Source of the DNA: Tannerellaceae bacterium
Lineage (GTDB): Bacteria > Bacteroidota > Bacteroidia > Bacteroidales > Tannerellaceae
Assembly: GCA_031255855.1 (NCBI GenBank)
Contig: JAIRRS010000002.1
Coordinates: forward strand, 227-64,226
Direction of reading: 5' to 3'
Length of the DNA stretch: 64,000 bases
This document shows, piece by piece, positions 1 through 9,593 of this stretch. Position 1 is the stretch's first letter. Each line of letters begins with the position of its first letter. A program made the translations under genes and the position numbers. Under the pieces are notes generated by a model. That model made no database searches. It was not told the DNA's origin and saw nothing but the letters and a program-made list of their open reading frames with translations.

Positions 1-1
1 C

Positions 2-1195
2 GAAATAGCATTAGTAATAGACTCACAAAGAGACACATTCCTGAATCAAGATTCGGGATTTACTCGTGATGCACTCGTGAATATACCCGTTGTAGATTCA
101 TTTGCAACTATCATAACAGGCATTCGCCGTTGCGGGAAAAGTACATTGCTCTTGCAGTTGCTTCGTCGAGATTATCAAGATGCTATATATCTTAATTTTG
201 ATGATATACGCCTATCAGGTTTTGAAACTAGTGATTTGACACGCCTCCATAGAGAAATCGAAAAGAGAAAAATAAAAGTTCTTTTCTTTGATGAGATACA
301 AATTGTTGAAGGTTGGGAAAAATACATCAATCAGCTACTTCGGGAAGGTTATAGAGTATTTATAACTGGCTCTAACGCTTCAATGCTTAGTATTGAGTTA
401 GGAACACATTTAACAGGCAGGCACCTGTCAATGGAGCTATTCCCGTTCTCTTATTCAGAATTTATAAGATTTAGAGAATTGGATAATGGAGAAAACACAG
501 TTATAGAATATCTCAAAATGGGGGGAATACCAGAATATGTTAAAACTGGAATATCTATTGTTCTGAATACTCTTGTGGATGATATTTTGATGAGAGACAT
601 AGCGGTCAGGCATTCCGTTCGTGATATAACTTCATTGCGTCAACTAACAGCATTTCTTATAACAAATATCGGGAACCTTGTTTCAGCCAATAAATTGGTT
701 GGAATGTTTGATATAAAATCTCCTGCCACTTTCTTAGAGTACTTTTCATTTCTGAAAGATGCTTATCTACTTGAATTTGTTTCGATGTTCAGCCACTCAC
801 TAAAGGTGCAGGCTCGTAATCCAAAGAAAGTATATGTGATGGATATGGGGATTTATACGGAGAACTCCGTATTGACAAGTGAGAATATGGGTAGGCGTCT
901 AGAGAATCTTGTATTCTTGCATTTACGCCGAAAATATAAGCATATATTCTATTACAAGGATAAAGGAGAGTGTGACTTCATAGCAATGGAAAAGAATGTA
1001 GTAAAAGAAGCTATACAGGTTTGCTTAACTGTAAATGATGAAAATTTTGATAGAGAATATAATGGGTTGCTTGGAGCCATGCAAAATCTTAGTTTAAAAG
1101 AAGGAAGTATCGTTACTCTTAATCAAAGCGATACCTTTGAAAAAGACGGAATGACAATCAAAATAATTCCAGTGCATGATTTTTTTAACAGATAA
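2..1195 (+). CDS. AAA+ ATPase, DUF4143-type (5' end probably outside window)
   Basis: The 372-aa ORF carries a Walker A motif (GIRRCGKST) and Walker B-like FFDEIQ. Its C-terminal half resembles the DUF4143 ATPase family. The frame stays open from base 2 to the listed GTG at 77, so the true start is likely upstream of the window. Confidence 0.8.
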   Translation, partial: EIALVIDSQRDTFLNQDSGFTRDALVNIPVVDSFATIITGIRRCGKSTLLLQLLRRDYQDAIYLNFDDIRLSGFETSDLTRLHREIEKRKIKVLFFDEIQIVEGWEKYINQLLREGYRVFITGSNASMLSIELGTHLTGRHLSMELFPFSYSEFIRFRELDNGENTVIEYLKMGGIPEYVKTGISIVLNTLVDDILMRDIAVRHSVRDITSLRQLTAFLITNIGNLVSANKLVGMFDIKSPATFLEYFSFLKDAYLLEFVSMFSHSLKVQARNPKKVYVMDMGIYTENSVLTSENMGRRLENLVFLHLRRKYKHIFYYKDKGECDFIAMEKNVVKEAIQVCLTVNDENFDREYNGLLGAMQNLSLKEGSIVTLNQSDTFEKDGMTIKIIPVHDFFNR

Positions 1196-1232
1196 AAATT
1201 ACCTAACCTATATTATTCACAAAGAGGAGAAT

Positions 1233-1263
1233 ATCTGCTGTAATATTTTGTATTACAGCAGAT
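1233..1263 (+). terminator. Hairpin downstream of the ATPase gene (13-bp perfect stem)
   Basis: atctgctgtaata (1233-1245) and tattacagcagat (1251-1263) are perfect reverse complements around the loop ttttg. T-rich sequence follows. It lies 38 nt after the stop at 1195. Confidence 0.5.
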
Positions 1264-1312
1264 TATTGTTATATTTGATTATCACAAAAAACAGAACAAT
1301 AAGATTCTCCTT

Positions 1313-1775
1313 ATGAGCAAAAATACAACAATTAGATCAGAACATGAGGCTCAAGGCCAGCTATTTTCTCTTTCTGCAATCGAAAGCCGTCGAATAGAGG
1401 TGAGCTATACCAGTCCTGATACATCCTCCTATGGTGGGCTATTACTTTTACGTGAGGTTGAAAAGCATACCTCTGTAACCGGTTCATTGAACGGATGTTT
1501 GACAGATTCCCGGCACGAAGGCTATGTCAGGCATACCTATAAAGAAATGCTCACCCAGCGTATCATGCAGATAGCGGCAGGTTACCTTGTTCAACAACTA
1601 CTATGATGATGATTGTTACATGCCCTTCTTCATCTTCGAAGGTCTTAGCGGTAAACTGATATTGCCTTTATTACGGAGGCAAACAAAAGGTCAGAATTCA
1701 TCTGGATATTTTTCCATTTTCATTGAGATGATCTTGGAAAATCATTGGGATGATTCTCCAAGATCATCCCAATGA
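1313..1775 (+). mobile_element. IS1380-family (DDE) transposase remnant, truncated and frameshifted
   Basis: ORF 1313-1606 contains ...SSYGGLLLLREVEK..., typical of the N-terminus of IS1380-type transposases. ORF 1587-1775, in another frame, continues with YDDDCYMPFFIFEGLSGKLILPLLR. Together these cover about 150 aa of an expected >400 aa protein, and no DDE catalytic core follows. Confidence 0.6.
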
Positions 1776-1782
1776 TTTTTTT
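1727..1782 (+). repeat. Two mutually exclusive perfect hairpins plus a T-run at the end of the IS remnant
   Basis: The 17-bp stem 1738-1754 (aaaatcattgggatgat) pairs with 1763-1779 (atcatcccaatgatttt) around an 8-nt loop, followed by a T7 run at 1776-1782. The alternative 11-bp stem 1727-1737 (gatgatcttgg) pairs with 1758-1768 (ccaagatcatc). Confidence 0.6.
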
Positions 1783-2127
1783 GACTTTTAATAGACACAC
1801 AATAATTGACCAACATTGGCTCTCGCAAGAGGATAACTATGCCCAAATGTCTAATTTATGTATATATATGTTAAAAATAGGGGGGGGTAAAATCGAAAAA
1901 AATGAAATAATATTTTGTACTTTGAATAAAAGCAACTACGTTCGTCAAAAAGATATCCTGCCTATGGTCATAATTGGGTTCGGGCTATAGGAAGGATAAT
2001 GAGAAAAGTTAATTAATAGAACCCACCTTAATACAGATGTTAGTATAAATTTTCTTTGAACCGGTTCCAGTTGGAAATCTGAGGTGACGAAAAATAGATG
2101 TAAAACCCTGAAAAACGAAAAACAAAT

Positions 2128-4262
2128 ATGAAAAAACTAATCGGCGCTTTTTTTCTCTTGCTAATGTTTACTTCGATGGTTCACGCTCAAAATAGAATAA
2201 GGGTTCATGTTGTAAATGAGAAAGACGAACCTTTGGGTGGGGCTATTGTTTATGTCCTTAGTTCCGATAGCCTTTTCATCAATTCAATAATTGCGAATGA
2301 AGAGGGGATAGCAGATATCCCCCCCATTGATTTTTCCCGGGAAGCGAAGTAGTCGTTAAGGCCAATTCAAGTGTCATCCAAAAAAATGACCGAATCGTTT
2401 TCAATGTGGCGAATGAAAACCTCACCAAGGGAAACAATTCGTATGAACTTATCAAATTCACTCCTTTTATTGTCGTTGATAATAATGACAAACTGTCTAT
2501 CATCGGCAAGTCCGGAGTGCAGCTTTATATCAACGGACGCAAGACAAACCTGCCTGAAAGTTCGATCCCATCATATCTGGAAAGTTTGCCGGCAGAGAAG
2601 ATAGCCAGTATCGAAGTGATTACCAATCCGGGAGCCACTATACGCACGGACGGAGACGAGGGAATCATCAACCTCATACTGAAAAAGAATGAAGCAGACG
2701 GGTTGAACGGCACGCTGACGCTAAACGACAGCCAGCGGAAGACCAATTCGCAGGATGGGGGACTCTATCTCAATTACCAGAAAAACAAACTCAACGTATC
2801 TGCGAATGTCTATGGGGATAACACTCGCATTAAAGATAATGAAACAGATGATTATTATTTTATTGCATCCAACAATCATCAGCGCCTAATCCGCGATGAG
2901 ACAGTGAAGTACAAAGAACTGGCGGGAATCGTAAGGGCTGATTATAATCTATCCGACAGGCAGGTAGTCGGATTGGTTTTGAATGCTTCCTATGTAGACT
3001 ATGGTGGGAATACAACCGACCAAACGTTGTTTGGTAAAAGAAATGTAATGCAAACAAATTTTGCCCGGATGGAAGCAGGGGTGCAATTACCTCCCTATGA
3101 CCGCTTTGAACAAACATCAGAGGATATTATGAACAGTTATTCCGGCAAAGTAGAATACAGGCACGCCTTCGATAATACTACGAGCCTGACCGCAGGTGTC
3201 GAAGTCTATACCAGCGCCTCCGGAGCAGACTTCTTTTACGGGAACTGGCAGAACGGGGCGTATGTAAGCGACCCGCAGAAAACCAATACCTTTTCGTACA
3301 ACGAAACCTACCGGGGCGCCTATGTATCTTTCTCCCGTGCGTGGACGCCCAAGTTTAACAGCCGCATAGAGGCTCGTCTTGAATCGGTGGATAGTAAGGG
3401 CATCCAACAAGTGACCTCAAAAGAAATCGAACGCAGTTACTTAGACGTGATGCCTTCCGCATCGCTGCAATATCAATTCAATCCGGCCAACCGGCTTTCA
3501 TATAACCTGAGTTCTTTCGTTGCCCGACCCGGATTTTATTCTTTAAATCCGTTTCGCTTTTATTTATCTCCCACTACTTATAAAGAATACAACCCCGATC
3601 TGAAACCCGGCAAAGCATTTATTAATTCGTTCAATTATAGCCTGAAAAGTAAATATACATTCGGTCTGTCTTATATGTATATAACAGATTGTACAAATAA
3701 TTTTTTGATACCTGTTGGTGAAGAATACACAAAGTATATAAATGCTAATTATGGGACTAATCAATCTGTACGATTATCTTTCATTTGGAATGAATCCTTT
3801 TGGGATAATCGGGTCTATGTGAATTCGTCTATAACAGGTGCTTATATGAAACAAAAAGGGGCTGTTGAATCCATTATAGTAGATGTTTCCGGTTTATCGT
3901 ATAATTTTTCAATAGCGGGAGGTGTACAACTCTCTAAGAGATACGACTGGAATCTGACAAGCAATTTTTCGTATCAAAGCGAGATGAAGCTGGCGCATGA
4001 AATCGCCGGAGACAATTATAGACTGAGTATTGGGATAAGAAAGAATTTCCCCAATGATATATCTTTAAATCTAGGGGTACGCCATCTGCTTTTCAAAAAC
4101 ACAAAACGACATAAAATAAATGATAATTATGAATACTATCTAAATCCGAAATACGATGTTAGAATTTTTTATGCAGGTATTTCCATACCTTTCGGAAACA
4201 TGAAAGCCAAAGGCGCAAGGGGGAGAGCTTCTGCAACGGTAAAAAATCGACTGAGAGAATAA
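2128..4262 (+). pseudogene. Outer-membrane beta-barrel / TonB-dependent-receptor-like protein with CarboxypepD_reg-like N-terminus, interrupted by a -1/+1 frameshift
   Basis: Frame 1 (2128-2352) encodes a signal peptide and a CarboxypepD_reg-like start (RIRVHVVNEKDEPLGGAIVYV). Frame 0 is open from 2331 and continues FFPGSEVVVKANSSVIQKNDRIVFNV...GKSGVQLYINGRK, the family-typical plug/barrel sequence, through to 4262. The junction must lie within 2331-2349. Confidence 0.7.
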
Positions 4263-4267
4263 ATCAA

Positions 4268-6001
4268 TCAATTATTCACCATCTGCCTTTCTGCCATTTT
4301 GGAGAAAATGCCGTTTCGCTTCTTTAATACCTCCGGTGAACCAGCTTCTGCAACGCTTCCGTTTTCCAATACGACAATCTTGTTGGCATTGGCGATAGTA
4401 CGCATCCGGTGAGCAATAATCAATACCGTTTTGTCTTTTACCAGTTCGGAGATTCCTGCTTGTATTCTGGTTTCGTTTTCCACATCGAGCGAGGCGGTAG
4501 CTTCGTCCAACAATACAATCGGAGCGTTTTTCAATAAAGCACGGGCAATAGATACCCTTTGGCGTTCCCCTCCCGAAAGCGTTTCTCCGTTTTCTCCTAT
4601 AACGGTGTTGTAGCCTTGTGACATGTTACTTACAAACTCATCGCATTGCGCCAATCTTGCTGCTTTCATCACTTCCTCGTCTGAAGCATCGCGTTTACCG
4701 ATGCGGATATTATCCATGATTGACGCATTGAAAAGGACTACATCCTGAAATACAACGGAATAATTGGCCAATAAAGTTTCAGGTTCTATCTGGCTGATGT
4801 CTTGATTGCCAAGTGTGATTTGTCCGGCTTGAATGTCCCAGAAACGGGCGGCTAACTTGGCTGCCGTACTTTTTCCGCTTCCCGAAGAACCTACCAAAGC
4901 GGTTATCTCGCCTTGTTTCGCGGAGAATGAAACATCTTTCAGTACTTGCTTTCCCGATTCGTAAGAAAAATCTACCTGCTTAAACTCAATATCATAGTTG
5001 GAAGGATTGAACGCTTCTTTTCCCTGCTGAATGGGCAACGCTTCCATTTCATTCATCCGGTCGATGCGAATATCCAGGTAGGTCAGTACTGCCAGATTGT
5101 TCATCACTTCGCTAATCGGTGCATAGATGCGTGAACCGATAACCATAAATATAAGGTAGGTGAATAGGTCTGTTGCTCCGGTTGCGAGCAATCCGGCGCC
5201 GACAATAATCACACTGGCTAAGCCTAACTTCAAAAGACTTTGCGCGCCGTTGAGGAATACGCCGGTTACCAGTTCGCCTCGTGTCTGCGTTTTTTCGTAT
5301 TGGGTTAGTTTGGCGTCTAATATCTCCAAATAATAGTCTTTTTTATTGTAAGACTTAATCTCCCGGATGGTATCAAGACCTTCCTGAATTTGCTCGCTGA
5401 CATGGCGTTTGTCCTGATAATTGGTTTGAAAGTCTTGGTAGATATATTTCTTTGTCAATAAAATAATACCCAATGACACCGGTACCACCCAAAACAAGGC
5501 CAACGATAATTGCCAGTTGTAGAAAAACATCCCTGCGGCAATAATAACGATGCTAATGATGGATGCAAATAGTTGTGGCACAGCATGCGAGAAGGTATGT
5601 TCCAAGTCGGTGCAATCATCCATAATGGTAGCTGTCAAATCCGAAAGGTTCTTTTCTCCGAAAAAAGCCAACGGCAGTTTACGTAGCTTTTCGGCTAACG
5701 AGATGCGTCGATTGGCGCTCTCTTCATATACCGTAGTAAATGTGCTACGGTATTGAAAAACCGCAAGACCGTACATCACCAACATAAAAACAAGCGCGAT
5801 TACCAGATAGTAAACAATTCCATTGGCGACAGATGCCGCCGGATTGAATATCTGTTGCAGATAATCTTCCAAAAACAGGAAGACGAATACGGCGGGCAGC
5901 ATCAATGCTACGTCGAGCAGGGTGGTCCATAAAACCCCTTTACAGAAATCTTTCGCGCCTTTATCTGAAAGAGCAAAGCGTTTTTTCAATGTATTAATCA
6001 T
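4268..6001 (-). CDS. ABC transporter, fused permease/ATPase (exporter fold), second subunit of a heterodimer
   Basis: It has six N-terminal TM segments, Walker A GSSGSGKST, signature LSGGERQR, Walker B VLLDEATASLD and H-loop AHRM. Its ATG overlaps the upstream ABC stop by 8 nt (ATGATTAA, 5994-6001). Confidence 0.9.
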   Translation of the reverse strand: MINTLKKRFALSDKGAKDFCKGVLWTTLLDVALMLPAVFVFLFLEDYLQQIFNPAASVANGIVYYLVIALVFMLVMYGLAVFQYRSTFTTVYEESANRRISLAEKLRKLPLAFFGEKNLSDLTATIMDDCTDLEHTFSHAVPQLFASIISIVIIAAGMFFYNWQLSLALFWVVPVSLGIILLTKKYIYQDFQTNYQDKRHVSEQIQEGLDTIREIKSYNKKDYYLEILDAKLTQYEKTQTRGELVTGVFLNGAQSLLKLGLASVIIVGAGLLATGATDLFTYLIFMVIGSRIYAPISEVMNNLAVLTYLDIRIDRMNEMEALPIQQGKEAFNPSNYDIEFKQVDFSYESGKQVLKDVSFSAKQGEITALVGSSGSGKSTAAKLAARFWDIQAGQITLGNQDISQIEPETLLANYSVVFQDVVLFNASIMDNIRIGKRDASDEEVMKAARLAQCDEFVSNMSQGYNTVIGENGETLSGGERQRVSIARALLKNAPIVLLDEATASLDVENETRIQAGISELVKDKTVLIIAHRMRTIANANKIVVLENGSVAEAGSPEVLKKRNGIFSKMAERQMVNN

Positions 6002-7769
6002 GAGCGACCCCCTTTCCTATTGTCCATTTTACCGATTGTTGATACTCGTTCCACATATTATTATAGATTCCCTGTTTATCGATTAACTCTTGGTGAGTGC
6101 CTTGTTCGGCAACCCGGCCTTTGTCTATTACCAGAATGTTATCGGCATCGGTGATGCTGGTTAGGCGATGGGCTATCATTAGCACCGTCTTGCCTTTGGT
6201 CAGTTCTGTCAACGCTTTATGTATTAAGTGCTCGTTTTCGGGGTCGGTAAATGCGGTGGCTTCGTCTAACACAACGATTGGAGCGTTTTTTAGGATGGCT
6301 CGTGCTAATACGATTCGTTGTTGTTCTCCTCCAGAAAGATAGGTTCCTTCTGTTCCGATTTTGGTGTTTAATCCGAGTGGTTGTTTGTCGATGATTTCGC
6401 GGCATTGCGCCACATCCACCGCTCGTTCTACGTCTTCCATACTTGCTTCAGGATTGCCGTATTTGATGTTTTCCAGTAAAGTGGTTTTGAACAGCTTTGT
6501 GTTTTGAAATACGAAAGAGATATGTTGCATCAATTCATTGGGAGCGATGTTTTTTACATCAACACCTCCTACTTTGACTGCCCCTTTCGCCACATCCCAG
6601 AAACGAGGAACTAAACGCGCGATGGTTGTTTTTCCACTTCCCGAAGCACCAACCAATGCAACTGTTTTTCCTTGCGGGATGGTAAAATTGACGCCGTCCA
6701 CTGCGTTTTGAGCGGCTTCCGGATAGTTAAAAAAGACCTTGTCGAAACAGATATCAAATTGTTGAACCGGTTGAGGATTGGCTGGAACAGGTAGTTGACT
6801 AAAGCTAATCAGCTTGTCCAGTCGTCCGATTGCTTCGCCGGCTTGTCCTAATGCTTGTTGCAGATACATGCTTCTCATAATGCTTTGTGAGAAAACCGGC
6901 GTTATCAGCACGAACAGAAAGAAATTAAGCAATGCGTTGGCGAAATCTCCTGAGTACCCCATCAAGAGAATGGCAGCAGGAGCCAAAACAAACACAAATC
7001 CATTGATTACGACCGTATAAGCTGCCATCGGTTTTTCCCACGACAAGGTATATCGTGTAACCATTTTATTGTAATTCATAATGCTTTTGTGAAAGTTCTT
7101 GAAAGAAAAGATGGTTTGCTGAAAGACTTTCACCACCGGAATACCACGTACATACTCCACCGCTTCGGTGTTCATTTCTTCGAGCGAAGTCATGTAGCTC
7201 TTCATAAACTGCTGCGATTTGCCGCCCATCATTGCCATCATCAGAACCAAAGCAAAGACAACCGGAATCATACACGCCAGTCCCAACTGCCAATTAAACA
7301 CAAAAATCAGTACTAAAGAAATCCCGGGAATAAGAATTGTAGTTGCCAAATCGGGTAACTGATGTGCTAAAAAGCTGTGTGTAATACTTGCATTGTCGTC
7401 TATAATCTTACGGATACGTCCACTGGGGTTGATGTCGAAAAAGCCAAGAGGCATATCCACGATTTTACGCATAGCCTCGCGACGTAAATTCGATTCCACC
7501 CGAAATGCTGCCAAGTGTGAACACATCAGAGCCACAAAATACAGTATAACACTGATAATTGCGACACCTGCCGCCCACCAGGCATAAATGGCAATATTAC
7601 CCGAAGAAGAAATAACTCCTCTTGTTTCAAAAAGTTCCCTGACGATAAACCAGATAAGGACAAAGGGCGCCATACCTGCCAATGCACTGGCGGCAGACAA
7701 TACCATCGACAGCGGAAAGAGAATCTTTCGCTTGCCTGCATATTGTTGTAGTTTTTTTAGCGTACTCAT
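5994..7769 (-). CDS. ABC transporter, fused permease/ATPase (exporter fold), first subunit of a heterodimer
   Basis: It has Walker A GASGSGKTT, signature LSGGEQQR, Walker B VVLDEATA and H-loop AHRL, with an N-terminal TM domain. It begins 19 nt after the upstream membrane-protein gene. Confidence 0.9.
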   Translation of the reverse strand: MSTLKKLQQYAGKRKILFPLSMVLSAASALAGMAPFVLIWFIVRELFETRGVISSSGNIAIYAWWAAGVAIISVILYFVALMCSHLAAFRVESNLRREAMRKIVDMPLGFFDINPSGRIRKIIDDNASITHSFLAHQLPDLATTILIPGISLVLIFVFNWQLGLACMIPVVFALVLMMAMMGGKSQQFMKSYMTSLEEMNTEAVEYVRGIPVVKVFQQTIFSFKNFHKSIMNYNKMVTRYTLSWEKPMAAYTVVINGFVFVLAPAAILLMGYSGDFANALLNFFLFVLITPVFSQSIMRSMYLQQALGQAGEAIGRLDKLISFSQLPVPANPQPVQQFDICFDKVFFNYPEAAQNAVDGVNFTIPQGKTVALVGASGSGKTTIARLVPRFWDVAKGAVKVGGVDVKNIAPNELMQHISFVFQNTKLFKTTLLENIKYGNPEASMEDVERAVDVAQCREIIDKQPLGLNTKIGTEGTYLSGGEQQRIVLARAILKNAPIVVLDEATAFTDPENEHLIHKALTELTKGKTVLMIAHRLTSITDADNILVIDKGRVAEQGTHQELIDKQGIYNNMWNEYQQSVKWTIGKGVAHD

Positions 7770-7787
7770 ATATTATATTTCGTACAT

Positions 7788-8684
7788 TCAACAGACTTTT
7801 TTCGTACTCCTCTTGGCTTTTCTTATTCTTAGGCAGAGGTATGAACCATAGATTAAGAGAAGGGAGGTGAGGTGGATGTATTGTTTTGTTCGGGGAGCGA
7901 CACTGATATTGGCGAAACCGAAAGTTGGTACGCGTCCTCCGGATGTTTGTGCTACGGTTTCAACAGCCGGTTGCCGGGCATGTCCTTCCCTTGGGTTGAG
8001 CATGCCGCCGATTTGTATTCCCATTGCATGGATAAAGAGGGTAACATAGAGGACATACGCCCATTTCTGCACTTTCTTCCACGCCTTATATTGCATCTGC
8101 TTTCGCACCCAATCAAAAGAAGTGACCCACAGGGGAATAAATATAACGAGCATGATAATGCCCAGTATAAAACTGAAACTGCTTATCCCCGCACCCCATT
8201 CGCTTGCCACTCTGGTGTTTGCCATGTATCCTTCTTTATCCGAAAAGAATTGGAAAGAGGGCATTAGATTGTTCACCACACGTATTAAAGAGTGGGCAAG
8301 AACAGGAAAACCACATATAATGGACAGCTCCTTCCGTATGCCTGCCAGTTTCTTGACTCCTGCAATTTTGGGATTGAGAGCCCCTATATACATGATGATA
8401 ATCAACAGGGGATGCCCGAATGTACCCATATGTATGTAGTCTCTCACTACTTCTCCCAAAAACGGTATTCCGGCCAAACCCGGCATTTCAATACCTAAAA
8501 GCCTGGCAAGAGACGGAAGCGCCACCAGCATGAACGGTATGGCAAATATGATATAATAAATGGTGGAATACCTTCGTATAGATTTAGACAATACGACACA
8601 GAAAAGGGTCAGAATGGCCAATGAGGTAAGCAGTGGTGCGCATGTTCTCAAGAAATCCAATAATTCTATTATTAATTTTATCAT
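7788..8684 (-). CDS. Polytopic membrane protein, ferric-reductase-like (MsrQ/YedZ-type) transmembrane domain suspected
   Basis: The 298-aa protein has about 6-7 hydrophobic helices. Intramembrane His residues (YIHMG, FGHPL, LAHSL, FIHAM) and the segment WKKVQKWAYVLYVTLFIHA resemble the W..LH..Y...H pattern of ferric-reductase TM domains. The family assignment is tentative. Confidence 0.55.
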   Translation of the reverse strand: MIKLIIELLDFLRTCAPLLTSLAILTLFCVVLSKSIRRYSTIYYIIFAIPFMLVALPSLARLLGIEMPGLAGIPFLGEVVRDYIHMGTFGHPLLIIIMYIGALNPKIAGVKKLAGIRKELSIICGFPVLAHSLIRVVNNLMPSFQFFSDKEGYMANTRVASEWGAGISSFSFILGIIMLVIFIPLWVTSFDWVRKQMQYKAWKKVQKWAYVLYVTLFIHAMGIQIGGMLNPREGHARQPAVETVAQTSGGRVPTFGFANISVAPRTKQYIHLTSLLLIYGSYLCLRIRKAKRSTKKVC

Positions 8685-8722
8685 TTGTCTGTCTGTTTAT
8701 ATCTGATGAAATAAGATTCGTT

Positions 8723-9559
8723 TTATTTTCCGAACAATTGTTTTATTCCGTCGTATATACCCGGTATGGGCAGTGTGCCATGGGTTTCTTCAGAAAATGA
8801 ATTGCTGAAAAACCGGAGCCCTTCCGCTTGCGGCAATACGTCTGAAAAGAAATAGTTTATCCGGTTAAGATGAATATCCAACCTGTCGGGGCGCTTCCGG
8901 GAGGCAACTCCTATATAAAGACTTTTCCCTGCAAAATCTTTACCTTCTATTAATTTGGTTGCTGATTCCGATAGTTGTCCATTATCCCACCAAAGACTGG
9001 GGTCAAGAGCCAGATAGACGTCGAACGAGTCTGTATGCCGCAAAAATGTATATAAGGTGAAAAGGCCTCCATACGAATGCCCAATTAGCATATTATGCCC
9101 GTTTGTACGGTATTTGGTGCTGATCACGGCACGCAGTTCAGTGGTAAGAAATTGATAAAATGCCTCACTGCCACCACCTTCAGGTAGGGCGCCAGACGTG
9201 ATTTTCCCGTCTCTTCCCGCTGCTGAAGCCGTTGGCGTCAAATCGCGCGTGCGATCAGTATTCAGGATGCCAACGATAATACTCGGAGGAAGGTATTCCC
9301 CTTTACCCGAAGCAAGTGTTTTGCAGATGCCAACCAATGAGTGGAAAAAGGAATCTCCGTCGAGCAGATAAACCACCGGATAGGTCTGCGCAAGATTTTG
9401 TCCATAGCCTTCGGGCAGGTGTAACCAGTAGCCTCTCTCTTCCTGCAGAAGAGTTGAAAAAAGGGTATATTTTTTTCCTATGCAAATATCCTCTTGGCTC
9501 CGCAAGGTTAGCGGAGCCAAGAGGAGGAGTATAAAAAGGGTTATTTTCAAAGCGTGCAT
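8723..9559 (-). CDS. Secreted alpha/beta-hydrolase esterase, IroE/Fes-like (putative siderophore esterase)
   Basis: It has a signal peptide, YPVVYLLDGDSFFH, the nucleophile elbow GHSYGG and a C-terminal His (EETHGT). These are hallmarks of the PF00756 esterase family that includes IroE. Confidence 0.75.
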   Translation of the reverse strand: MHALKITLFILLLLAPLTLRSQEDICIGKKYTLFSTLLQEERGYWLHLPEGYGQNLAQTYPVVYLLDGDSFFHSLVGICKTLASGKGEYLPPSIIVGILNTDRTRDLTPTASAAGRDGKITSGALPEGGGSEAFYQFLTTELRAVISTKYRTNGHNMLIGHSYGGLFTLYTFLRHTDSFDVYLALDPSLWWDNGQLSESATKLIEGKDFAGKSLYIGVASRKRPDRLDIHLNRINYFFSDVLPQAEGLRFFSNSFSEETHGTLPIPGIYDGIKQLFGK

Positions 9560-9593
9560 AGTTCCTACAGCAAATAATCTATCCCGTTTCTTT

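Noticed and set aside
1880-1887. A G8 homopolymer ~240 bp upstream of the frameshifted barrel gene, and a C7 run at 2319-2325 inside it, as possible phase-variation tracts.
   Set aside because: The C7 run cannot explain the frameshift, because frame 0 has a TGA at 2328-2330. The G8 run is far from any recognisable promoter element. Without read-level data there is no evidence of length variation.
1772-1990. A 72-aa ORF following the IS remnant.
   Set aside because: It is AT-rich, has no motif, starts inside the hairpin element and lacks any promoter or coding-periodicity support that I can see.
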